Origin: Trichoplax adhaerens
Lineage: Eukaryota; Animalia; Placozoa
Direction: 5' to 3'
DNA: 64,000 bases
NCBI RefSeq assembly: GCF_000150275.1
Contig: NW_002060959.1
Span: forward strand, 184,371-248,370
Shown: positions 11,643 through 23,872 of the stretch, one piece after another
How the letters are laid out: each line of letters begins with the position of its first letter
Position numbering within the stretch: position 1 is the first letter of the stretch
Notes under the pieces: model-generated
The model's input: only the letters and a program-made list of their open reading frames with translations
What the model was told of the DNA's origin: nothing
The model's database searches: none
Position numbers and translations under genes: made by a program

Positions 11643-14600
11643 TTATAATAACACCACTAAAGCTGCAACAATAAGCGTTATTAATTTATAATTTCCGTAG
11701 TCGGGCCTATGAGCAGCATTAACATGAGGACTATCCAAACATTGGCTGCTGGTAATACAGATTTTTTGCGATGATATAAACGGCGTTGACCAATGCTTTG
11801 TAATTTCACCACCTGGCCGAAAGACACCACCGATCCCGAAAAAGAAGTAATGACATCCTTCTAAGCTGATATCTGTTTCTGTATCGTTAGTAGTCACATT
11901 ACGATAAAAACGAAAAGTGGCACGACCATCAATAATCGAACTACTTATTAAAAAGACATTTTGATTGTACTGAGAATCCATCTGCGCATAGTGATTGCTA
12001 GTATTAACTGTTAGATAGCGATCATAAATTGTAGGAGCATCATTTAAGAACGATGCCACGATAGCATCAGAATTATTCATATGGCGATCGTCAGATATAC
12101 CCATAGCAATCCAGCGATCAGTTCTTGATGCCATTGTTATTTCAATTCGGCCATCCTTATACACTTTCCAATTGAGTTGATTCTGACAGATACCAATATC
12201 ACAGCCAGTAATCCAACTACCGGAACAATTATCAAAGACAAGACTATCTTTTCGAGCACCAACATCGGGTGGAATATCATCTGAGCATATGCTTGGGAAG
12301 ATACAAATAATTTCCGATGTAATGCTTGGCTTTAATGGATGTTTACTTAAAATTCCAGTATCAGGATTAAAATCGCCACCAACTGCTAAGAAAAAATGGT
12401 TGCAGCCAAATAAAATAGTATCCCCTTGTGAATCACCAGTAATAATATGACGATAGAAATTGAAAGTAACTTCGCCATTAATGTTAGAACTATTGATAAG
12501 GTAAGCATCGTTGATAGCATCTACCTTTGGTGTTTTATAGCCATCAATAAAACTATCCATTAATGTTGGCGTGCTATTATAATACCAGCCAACGATAGCA
12601 TCTGTATTGGGCATTTTTTCCTGATAAGAAAAGCCAAGAGCAACCCATTTATCGGTTTTCGACTTCATTTGAAAATGAATAGTTCCGTCATTATATACAT
12701 TCCAATTCACTCGACTCTGGCAATCTCCATTAAAACATCCAGTTCTCCATTGGCCTGAGCAAGCCTTTAAAGTTAACTTTTCAAACTTTGGAGCCTTATG
12801 TTGTAAACATTGGCTACCATTGATACAAATCTTTCGACTAGTTATATGAGGTATCGTTGGGTGCTTTGATATAATTTTCGTTCCAGGATCAAAATCGCCT
12901 CCTACTCCATAAAAGAAATAATGACATCCTTGTAAACTGATGTCACTAATACGATCAGTGGTTGTTAAGTTACGAGCAAAACCCAACGTCGTGATACCGT
13001 TTATTTGAGATCCGTTAATTAAATAGACATTATCTTGAATGTCAATAATTGGTATAGTATTTATGATATATCGATCTGTTATAGTTGGCTTATTGTAAGC
13101 ATACCATCCTACTATGGCATCAGAAGCATTCATCTTTTTATCATGTGAAATACCTAATGCAATCCATTTATTGGTCTTAGACGCCATTTCAAAATGGATT
13201 GTTCCGTCACCATATATCTGCCAGGTTAATTGATTAAGACACTCACCACTACCGCATTGGGTGCTCCAACTACCTGAACATGCACTTGTATGGAGCCGTG
13301 CATCGTCGAAAAAATTCAGCGATAGTCTTCCGCGATTAGTCATGCCGTGATACTTTAACTCATCCAAATCATAATAATTATCTTGTCGTGGACTACTCTG
13401 AGAACCTGATGGGAATTGAAGAGATTGGGGCAATTTTGCATCATATGCATAAATAATATCCATAATGCTATTGGTTATGTTATGATCACTACTTTCATTA
13501 GCTACTAAATTTCGACGCCATCGCAATGTAGTGATACCATTAATTTCAATGCCGACAGCAGCTGTTAAGCTGTCACTACCTTGATAAAATGAATCCTCCC
13601 TTGGTGAACTACGATCGCGCGAATAATAATCGAATAAACGAAATAAATTACCTCGAGCACTCCCAATTACCATATCCATACAGTCCATGGAGTGATTTAC
13701 CCGTTTATCAGTCTGACTATTTGGTTGTGAGTTAATTGGTGAAATTAATAATCCTTGCGCTGCTCCAGCTGGGAAAAGTTGACACGATTGTTTTAATTCA
13801 CGTGGACGCCAACCCAATCCCAGCCAGCTCATAGTTTTAGCTTGGTGGATAACTTCAATCTCATTACTCTGGCGTATTATTTTATACCAAATTCGACTGT
13901 TTGAATCTAGTTCGGAATAAGTATGCTTTGAGACATCATCTGGCATTGCAACGGTCAATGAGGAGACTTTAGAACATTTATATCCGTAAAAACCAGGTAA
14001 ACAATAGCACTGTTTGAGTGGATAGTTATAATTTTGATTAATGATCAAGCAACGACCATTATTATTGCAATCTGCTTCATTTTGACATTCATATTGGTAC
14101 TGACAGCGTTCGCCAGTTGCAGTATTGTTAGTACAGAAACATAATGGCAAATTATTAGTACAATGATGATTTATGATGCCATCGTTATAACAGTTAAGTT
14201 CATGACATGAAAATTTAGCAATTTCAACATCAGCACAACTCCAAACAGAGTAGGGACTAGGATAAAAATTCCTATCGGCACCATAATGAATTAAGCGAAT
14301 AATACAATGTTGACAAGAAAAATCTTTAGGCAAACTAATAGTGTAATTTTGAACGATTGAGATATTTTTCGCTGGATTAGAATTGGCATTGCTATTAGGC
14401 GCCAATTCATATGCAATCGATCCATTAAGAAATAGTAGCTGAATTTTAAAATCGCCGCAATCCGATAAAGCCATATGCCATGTTACATCAACATTGGAAC
14501 CAGTTATTAGCTTAGTCTTGAAAGTTGTTTTCATGGCATTTTCTGGCATTCCACAGGGACTTTTCGTGGTAAGATTAGTTAAAAAATCGAAATCATATTG

Positions 14601-14690
14601 TCTTGCTTTCGGATAAGTTAACCGAATATGTCCATCAACTAAATACGATGTAAATGTTCCGATTACAAACAGCAAGCCGATAGCTTTCAT
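11643..14690 (-). CDS. Secreted, probably GPI-anchored protein: signal peptide, LPMO-like (His1) domain, 2 EGF-like, 4 DOMON; single exon
   Basis: Signal peptide aa 1-20 ends VDG|H. The N-terminal domain runs HIRLTYPKAR...PCG...VTW...CQHCIIRL...WSCADVEI. EGF-like Cys patterns are CFC..TGERC and CNNNGRC...CYCLPGFYGYKC. Four DOMON units carry W(L/I/V)(G/A)(L/M)G, Met-x-x-x-D-x-x-x-G and a late His. The protein ends in a hydrophobic tail (LITLIVAALVVLL) with no cytosolic part. Confidence 0.88.
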   Translation of the reverse strand: MKAIGLLFVIGTFTSYLVDGHIRLTYPKARQYDFDFLTNLTTKSPCGMPENAMKTTFKTKLITGSNVDVTWHMALSDCGDFKIQLLFLNGSIAYELAPNSNANSNPAKNISIVQNYTISLPKDFSCQHCIIRLIHYGADRNFYPSPYSVWSCADVEIAKFSCHELNCYNDGIINHHCTNNLPLCFCTNNTATGERCQYQYECQNEADCNNNGRCLIINQNYNYPLKQCYCLPGFYGYKCSKVSSLTVAMPDDVSKHTYSELDSNSRIWYKIIRQSNEIEVIHQAKTMSWLGLGWRPRELKQSCQLFPAGAAQGLLISPINSQPNSQTDKRVNHSMDCMDMVIGSARGNLFRLFDYYSRDRSSPREDSFYQGSDSLTAAVGIEINGITTLRWRRNLVANESSDHNITNSIMDIIYAYDAKLPQSLQFPSGSQSSPRQDNYYDLDELKYHGMTNRGRLSLNFFDDARLHTSACSGSWSTQCGSGECLNQLTWQIYGDGTIHFEMASKTNKWIALGISHDKKMNASDAIVGWYAYNKPTITDRYIINTIPIIDIQDNVYLINGSQINGITTLGFARNLTTTDRISDISLQGCHYFFYGVGGDFDPGTKIISKHPTIPHITSRKICINGSQCLQHKAPKFEKLTLKACSGQWRTGCFNGDCQSRVNWNVYNDGTIHFQMKSKTDKWVALGFSYQEKMPNTDAIVGWYYNSTPTLMDSFIDGYKTPKVDAINDAYLINSSNINGEVTFNFYRHIITGDSQGDTILFGCNHFFLAVGGDFNPDTGILSKHPLKPSITSEIICIFPSICSDDIPPDVGARKDSLVFDNCSGSWITGCDIGICQNQLNWKVYKDGRIEITMASRTDRWIAMGISDDRHMNNSDAIVASFLNDAPTIYDRYLTVNTSNHYAQMDSQYNQNVFLISSSIIDGRATFRFYRNVTTNDTETDISLEGCHYFFFGIGGVFRPGGEITKHWSTPFISSQKICITSSQCLDSPHVNAAHRPDYGNYKLITLIVAALVVLL

Positions 14691-17600
14691 TTTTGGCTGA
14701 CTAAAAATGAACTTATCCTTTAGTGACCAAGAATTGAAGCTTTTAAGCTTGCATCAAATTTGATAGATTAAATAAATAGAACGAGTTACTGCTTTTATTC
14801 AAACAAAGAATCTTACGTCCAACGATAGAAAATAGCATTAAATGTGTTATTTTTTTCTCATGATTTGTATTAAAACAAGGACCCCAACAGAATATACTGT
14901 AGATTGGAGACAAGTATTGAATGGTAGTTATAGTTATTCATTTTCATTTTGAATGGATTCTTATAGCTAGGCAGGCTATGTGTAGTAATCTACAGTATGT
15001 TGCACTCTATTACTTAATTTGTTCCTATTGTATTTTCAACGTTAGGATATTACTAAGTTGAAAAGAGTCAATTTTATTTACCGAGTAATATCTATAAATG
15101 AATAGAATAGAGGCAATTATCCTATTCCATACATTTTCTCTACTAGCCAGCAAGCCAAAAAAATACTCGCAAACAATGATCTTATTTATTATGATGAACA
15201 TGCATTGCCTTTACTTTTGTTGTTTTGTACCGTTATAGCCAGAACACAATAGGTCAAACAATATAGTACGGTCTACATGTAGATAAAGTATTGTAGGCGG
15301 GTAATTTCGAGGAAGAAAAAGATAGCTCTTGTTGGTTTTAATATAAAAATGTTATTAATAACTACCGTAGCGCGCTTTACTGGTGATAGAGTAATAATCT
15401 GTGGTGCGATGAATTCAATTTTAATGCTGCAAAAGCGACAAAGTAAAAATTATTGATAAAATCAGCGAATGCTGCCTTGATACGCTCGTATATTGATATC
15501 AATTAGACTCTGAAAAGTGCCTATATCAAGCTCAAATCGAATGATACTAATAGTAAATTTGCAATTTAGTTAATGCCATTAATAGTGTACATACCGTGTA
15601 GTATTTATTATCATTAATAACTTTGTTATCCAATGAAGCTATTTTAAATAATTTATTATTCTTGTTGAAAGTAACGCTATTCAGTTGATAGAAAAATATT
15701 AAAACAATACATGCTATCGGCTAACTATCAGAACTACGTATAATTTGTCGTCATTGAAAAAGATAGAGAGGGGGTAGAGTTATCCTCATCGATAAAGCGC
15801 TATATGGGTAAGAAAGAAAATAAAATCTTGCAAATGGCCTTATTGGAGAAGAATTCCTTGCAGCTAAAAAATATAACAGAGCTTTCTGAGATTTTGACAC
15901 CATTCCACTGCATTATTTTTATTGATCAGTTGACTTTATTTATCGTGACATACTATCCATAAATCAAAAAATTTAAATAAATAACACATGTAGGTAGTAA
16001 AAGAAATATGTAGGGAATTAGATAATTACTTTGTATTGGTTTCATTATAAGAAGATAAATATTGAAGTAGTTGATATCGAATATAGTAAATTATCAATAC
16101 CCAAACTAGTTTCTATACTTGTTTATATCGTAGAATTAATAAATGCATAGATTTAAAAATTTGTTTTTATCGCTGCTATTAGACCATTTCTTAGATTAGG
16201 AGTCGATTAAGTACAATTTTTTGATTATCATTAAGGTTATCGTCAAATTAAATTGATAGAATAGCGCGGTAATTATCTCTTTATTTATTAAACTTCTCAT
16301 GTTTTCAATCGGATTGACGTTACAGACGTCAAAGCTATCAAATTATGCAGCTAAAATAGCAGAAAGTATTTGGTTCTTTAATATTACTTCAACGAACTTA
16401 CTGAATTGCTGCAAATAATAGGTAGGCAATGAAACATAGTAAAATAAATTTTGTAACAAATTATTTAATTTTGCTACTTCAAAAACAGAATAATCATCTC
16501 TAAACAGTGACCTAAAGCCTATTTTCAAAGCTTACAACACTGAATTATAAATATTATCAAATTATATTACAGTAATGGAAAAGTTTGGCAAAAAAACTAT
16601 TCATGATTGAGTGAAAGGATACGTTTCAGGTAGCAAATAGTTTCCTATCCGATATTTGTTAAAATGATCTTCCTAATGTTATTTATGATCAGTACATACT
16701 CAAAGTATATAGGAAATTCATAAATGGATCATTACATTATACCTGAAATTTATTTAACTATCTTTCTACACTAATAGCTCCAGTATTCTAGGTACCAATC
16801 GAACTACTACCAATGCTTCTGTGTGACCATGCTTTTTTTCTAGGATATTATCAATTTTAAAACACAATTCCAGTCGACGGCTTGGCATTGTCTCCTTTAA
16901 GAACAATTTTCAGGCGTTGTTATACTATGACTTGTACTTGTTTACAGTGGAAGACGTCACATTAAATTTTTGTCTTCAATAAAAATAATGCATGTAAATA
17001 GACTGACAATAAAGATAATACATATGATCTTATGGATATATGAAGATTATAAAAATTAGCTTTAGGCTTTGTAATTACTTCAATACAAAAAGTAGCTAGG
17101 CCAATTATTCTTACCTGCCTTGTATCTTTTAGTGAAGTAAATTACTGAAAGTATCGTTATATTATTACAAGTCTACTCGGTAAAAATTAACCGCTTGCCG
17201 ATTTCTTAAATCTTGGTACGCTGCATTCCATCCCTGCTTAAACTCATTCAATCAATTTCCCTGCGTAAATAATTCTACATTGTACAGAACAGATAAAATA
17301 CTAATTAGTATCTGCAGGAAAAGTTTAAATGGTAATCAAGGCTAAAGTACTATATACAAAATTTACTATTATATGAGCAATTGAGTTGAATTTATTTGGG
17401 AAATATAAATTTCTAGCTGCCGTCTTCATTTTGTATAATTCTTTATTTTGGGTAGCAATATTATGATATTCATTAATTATTCAACAAAAGCAGCGATACT
17501 ATATTGATTAGTAAACTTAGCTCAAGCCTTTATTGACTTGGCTTTAATAATTCATTAATTTTTTTACTTTTCGTTGATTCCACCATTCAAATTAATAATT

Positions 17601-20600
17601 ATCACTAAAGTGAGGATAAAATTGCATCTGTGATCTTATTTTATTGAACTATTTGTATTTAGGCCTGCATGCTAAAGAACAAGCCTAGCTGTCATTCATG
17701 AAAGCTATCAAAATAGCAAGTGTATTCGAAACGTTTTGAAGTGTTTCTGTCGATCTGATATAAAATGCAATATAATATCGATAATCACTAAAAATAATTA
17801 ATATAACATTTCATCATCACTATTGGGATGTTAATTACTTTATATTGTAATAGTGTGGCGCTGTCTTTTGTATATTGATGTTAAGGTTGGTTTACTTACT
17901 CTATCAGCATCAAAATTATTCCATTAATTGATTAGCGAACAACTTACTAATCTTATTCCTTGGCTATCATAAAGGCCAGCATTTTTTGGTAAAATAATAG
18001 ATATCTTGGAAATTAATAAATACTGGATGATAATTTACTAGAAAAACCATAACTTTGTAGTTCAACCTCGGTTAAGCGAACCTAAAGGATTTTAACAACT
18101 TTATTACTTCTGTTTGCTATTGTATATAGGTTTTCGTTAAGCACACAGAGCAAAATCAAAATCTTTTAATGGAACATGTAAAGATCATCCTCTGTGTTAT
18201 CATTCTTTTTTTTAATTTTAGCCATTTTGACTTTCTCAGGTAGTATTTCCTTCTACGTAATCGTCTATATCAGGTACAAGTTCTTTTTCAAAATTCTAGC
18301 AATGCCAGCGGATACTATACTATTAGCAACATGAAAGCGTCCATTATATTTATATTAGATATAGTTAGCATAGTTACGGCACAGATGGATGGTATTATTA
18401 CTTTTTAATGATATTTATTCAGCCAATATAGCCTATATATCCTGATCGAAACGATCGCTATGACAATATCAAAAAATTACACATTAGCTATTTTGAGATG
18501 ATCAAGATTGATCATGGACTTCTTGATAATCATGGTTGCTTCAATGAGCCCATTGTAGCAAAAAATTTTTAAAAGACCTGTTTACCTTCAATAAACCTCC
18601 TTCACACAATATTTTTTAAATCGCTGATACGCATTTATAACGTTTTCAAATCGTATACAACTTTCAGTAAGGCCAAGCATATAAAAATTTTACATATTCA
18701 CAAATCAAACACAAGTACAGTTGAAAATAAATATGTGCCGGATTACAAAAATGTATCAGTTCAAATTAATGCAATGAAACAATATAGCGTAGATATTGCT
18801 TGACTTGTCCTGCATTTGAAAGAGGCTATCAGTTGTTTATGATTGAATATGGATTATTCGTTTGCGTGTTTACTTTCTATAAGAAAATATAATAATTTTC
18901 GGAAGTTCTCAAGAAAATATCTATTGATTTAATAAGAAATCTTCACAAAATCATTTTTAAATACCTGAAAAGCCGTTTCGAGAATTTTAAAATTGACAAC
19001 TAATTCTAAAAAAATCAAGTACATATCGAAATTTTAAGTCATTGAAATAAATTTAATCTCTACAATAAATGTTTATGATTTAGTTTGTAAACGAGTTTAT
19101 TGCATAAAAATATAATGTCATGACATACGATCGTAAAATTCTATTTCTGAGAGGATTAGCTGATTAACGATAAACAATTAATTCGATGTTACCAACTTCA
19201 TTACTAGTAACGTTCAGTATAAGAATCTTGCAGTTCTATGATAGTTTTGTGTATAATAAAATAATAGATCCATATATACCAAAACCTTCAAGTAACAGAA
19301 TTGGATACACCATTCAATAGAAAGTGAAGGCACCATATTTGTAAATTAACCACCCTATAAATAAAATAAAGCAATTGATAATCAATACAATAAGTTCACA
19401 GTTAGATTTGGAAGACTTGTATCATTTGCCGTTGAAACAAGAGAGTGAGAATTATTGAAATTTAATAAAGCGAGATTTTGACAGATTGGTCAATTGTTAT
19501 CACAGTATAATAGAGCTGGAATCAATTTTTTAATACCGTTCGTTGATAATGATAATTTTAAAATTAGAATATATATCACAGCACAACGACGAATTTATTC
19601 CTGATGTAATTTAAGAAACAAACGGAACTTAATATTGACAAGAAATAAAAGTTACGTTATCCTACGTAATGTTATAGATATAACTATATCATAGCAGTCG
19701 TTATTAATTCGCTTAAAGTACGTAAAGTACTGTAATATACCTTCTTTATTTATGGTGATTAAATTAATTTATTTTAGGTACAATACCAGTACCAATAATA
19801 TCACATACGGATAAGATGATAAGATGCTATTTCTAAATATAATAACACATATTTATACCCTGAAGAGCGTATTAAAATTAACGCCTGACAACAATCTGAG
19901 TAGAATGATATAAAATGAAGCTATAGCATAATAGCCTGAAACCTTGAGAAGAGTAAATAAATGCTATCAAGAGAATTTTCGAAAATTTCGTTTTTCATAA
20001 GCAGTATATTCTATTTTCCAGATTTTAGGCATTTTATACTATTCAGAATAAAGCTTGCTCTGCTTTATTGTATAACCAGAAACTCATTGTCTAGCATTTC
20101 TTTTATATAAGACCTTGCCTATAGTGGATATTTTGATAGAAACAGTTAATATTGCTATAGATAGATTTATTTTGAAGACAATAATCTCCATTTTAAGCTG
20201 CCATTTAAGAAAAGAATTAATGGAAATTTTAAGAAAGTTATGCACATGATATTGCAAGCAGTAATTAATTAATAGGATGGAATTAGCATGTCAGTGCTAT
20301 CTAAGATGGTGGTTTATGACATAAATGAGATGAGCAACAATGATTACTTTATACCTTTTCTCAACTTATATTTTTCATTTTAATAAGGCTAAAGTTATAA
20401 ATTAAGAAATAAGTAATATTTAGGCCATAAAAGTAAATATTTCGTCTATAATTCCAAACTCAGCGACACTGTTCGAGTCTAATAAATTTCAATACACTTT
20501 GCAATAATTTGCAATATTTCTTTTCACAAATCAGATGAATAATAAAATGCAATTTTTTCTCGAATAAAATAACATGCAAATGAATCAGTATCCGCCATCA

Positions 20601-23600
20601 AGCTGTTTTGGTTATTTATTTTACAGGGTAACATCTTTTATTTATTCCTGACGGCATAAAATTTTATCACATGATTAATTACGTCATTGAGTTAAGAAAA
20701 AAAGGCGACTTAGATCAATTTCAATATAGGTTAGACATAATGGATATAATTATACTTATGACTAATATAGTCTAATAAAAATCCTTTAATAAGATTATCA
20801 TACTGTTATACGGATACTTATCCACGATGATGCAGTAAGACTCTTCATTATTTCACTTTCACCGACATTATGAACAATAACATCTGATTAAAGAAACAAA
20901 ATTAAGCATCGATATGGAAATTCTTATTTAGAATAACTCTCGAGCGGATATCATCCGCGATTGAAACGTCTCGTACTATCTAGTTAGCATTCTAGATAGA
21001 TTCATTGTTGAAAAGATTTCATTTAATTGATTTCAATAGCGTAAAACTATAATTTGGGCTCTTACATCGTAGGTTGAAACGGCAGTTTTAGAAGCATTAA
21101 TAAGACTAATTTCGTATCAGACCAGGTATATACACATGTGTAATGGAAATTTGTAGCATGTACCAAAATAGAAAAGAATTGCTAGCAAAACCTGATCGCC
21201 TCTTCATTACAAAACCAATCGTTAAACATTCTTAAACAATAATGTAACTTTATGATTTCCAATAATAGCTATATTTTTCCAAGTATTTTAAACCGTTCGA
21301 TTAATTAACTCTCGTACTAGTATATGCATTTATACTCAATAGCATGAATACGATATTATACTCATGCAGTAATATCAATACGCTAAAATTATTTCAAATT
21401 CTCCCAATAGAATATCCATAGCTTGATCAGAACTCTTAAATCACTCTAGCAATCATAGCGATACCCTACCAAAGCTAGCGCTATCATAGTTAGGGCTAAT
21501 TAAGTGCTACATCAGGAAGTTACTATATATTTTATGAAATAACTTAAAGTAAATTGAAATTATATGCAAAGTAAAAATTGATTAATTAGAGATTATACTA
21601 CGATGAAACTGACAAACGATGGATCATAGCAGATCCATAAATAAATTCTGGAAGTTACGTAGCATATATTATATTGGCTGCTTTATTGTATGTAATTAAC
21701 AGAAATAGGTACTACAAACGGAGACGAACGGAGAATTATTTTCCCACAATTCTTCAGTTTGGAGAGAAACTATGACGTCATGGCTATCGGTCTTCAATAG
21801 TGAAATATCGTCAGCCCTAAGTGTATATCAGACAGAGCGATAAAAATCCATAACTACCTAACTTTAATTTTAAAAGCATTGCTTGACACGATTATTTATA
21901 AATCAGCAGCTGTGATATTGCTGTTGATGTAACTTTCTTCTGTTTGAAGAAATAAACAATCAAATTGTGGCATGGCTAAGTATGATAGAACCGTAAATCT
22001 CAGCATAAGAAGGTATTCAGTTAGAATATCGATGATCATAAAACTGTACGATGATGAGTTACTATTGCTAAAAATAGTAGTGAAAAACAAATACGTAACT
22101 CATGCAATTAGACACCCTAGTCCGTTATATTATATTATAGTTAGTAATAATCGCAAAAATACGGTATCTGCCATACATTCTTCCAAGCTTTAAGGGATAT
22201 ACCAAAATATTTGCCACTGATTATAATACTATGTTCCTAAGATAAGGATAAGATATTGCTCTGCTGATTGCAGTCGCAAATACAACGAAAAGTTCTCGTA
22301 TGTATGCAGCTTTTAAAGATTTAGTAATTCTTTTTGTGAATGTTTCCGTGATTGTATTTATCTAGAGCAGAGCGGTGTATATTTTCTTTTAAAGATTATC
22401 CTGCATATCTAATTTTCCTGCAAACTCCAGAAATTCATTATTTGCTACATCGTAGCAATATAAGCAATAACTAACGTGTAAGTTTTGCGATATATTGCAT
22501 TGAATAGTTTTTGTTGTTCTTTATTAGCTAACATTAATTTGAATGGAAGAGTTCCAAGAACTGTTGACAATATCTGTTAAGGCTTCCAATCTATTAAAAA
22601 GTATTTGGTTTATCCAATAAGAGATATTCAACTGGCAGCAATTTTTTCTGGAATTAGATAAAGATTAAGGAAGCTTTTAAAATTAAAAATCAACTTTGAC
22701 ACGAAAATAAGCTTTTCAAAAATATAGTACCCTTTACTATTGCCTACGTCAAATTTGATTATGGCAAATGCATGCTTCTAGCGCACTTGGGAAAATCAAT
22801 TCTGATAAGTGATAATGTTCAAAGGATTTTCTTCGAAATACTCCAAGTTATAATTGCCAAGCCCAACCGTTTCTGCATAAGAACTATTGATTTACTGGTA
22901 CCGTAATAAATAGCTTTTATGCAACGATAATGAGAAATCACAAGAATCAGATGGCCTACTTAAGGTGTAGGGCTAGTTAGCTAGTCAAGAAAAATGATCA
23001 TGTATTAGTTTTATTTGGAAAAGTAAAATAGCTATATAGCGTAAATCAGAAGTACTACGCATAATTTATCAATGACGCTTAAATTTATAACTAACGACTT
23101 TACATATATAACGTGCAACATTGGCCCTCAGTTGACACCTAGATCAAGTTTAATTCGTTGGACTTTTTGATAACGCCCAAATTCCATTAAATTCCAATTC
23201 TAGCCATTAAATTTCTAGCATTGAAATTTATTGACATTCCTTACTTAGAAATAACATAAAAAAGTATAGAAAAATTTATGATATCACCTTTTACTTCCTA
23301 AATAAGGATATATAATTATCGAAAAATTTAAAGGAGAAGTAAATGAAAGATTACCTAGAAATATAGATAACTCAGTTTTTAGAGATATATGACCACCAAT
23401 TTGATTGAACTGCAGTCACAAAGCGACCTGCATAGATAAATATGTATCTACTCGTTAGAAAGAGCACATAAATCACTTGAAATATTAAATTTCAAAGTCC
23501 TCAGTTTTCATATAGTAATGTTAGTATATTCTGTTATATAGAGCATGCAATTTAATTTTTAAGCATAGACATTAGGATAATACGATGTCCACATGATGAG

Positions 23601-23716
23601 ATTAAGTCGAATAAAAGCTTAATTTCTGTAATTATAGTATCTCACGACTATTCAATCTAATCTAGTCTAATTCTCACAAAATAGTCATCTCAGGCAGCTA
23701 CAGCTTAGAAAATGGA

Positions 23717-23872
23717 TTTTATTACAGAGTCAAGAATAGTAGAGCAATAATTAATCAGAACAAGAATCTAATCTAAAGCATTCTGAGCTTGAATTAAATG
23801 AAATCTCGTATAAGTTCATTTCAACAGAATTTAATAAATATAATTCGTTTTAATCTATTTATTATAGATATC
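23717..23872. repeat. Dispersed repeat, copy 1 (copy 2 at ~54518-54675)
   Basis: Identical 21-mer aatagtagagcaataattaat at 23735 and 54537, followed by collinear aagaatctaat, tgagct, aaatga(a/g)atctc, ttcgtt..aatc.attta. Confidence 0.8.

Noticed and set aside
18056-18083. tgtagttcaacctcggttaagcgaacc, resembling a pogo/Tc1-type terminal inverted repeat
   Set aside because: No partner inverted end found in the window.
21709-21830. LERNYDVMAIGLQ* resembling an EEP-family (LINE endonuclease or inositol 5-phosphatase) motif
   Set aside because: Single motif followed by stops, with no supporting downstream blocks.
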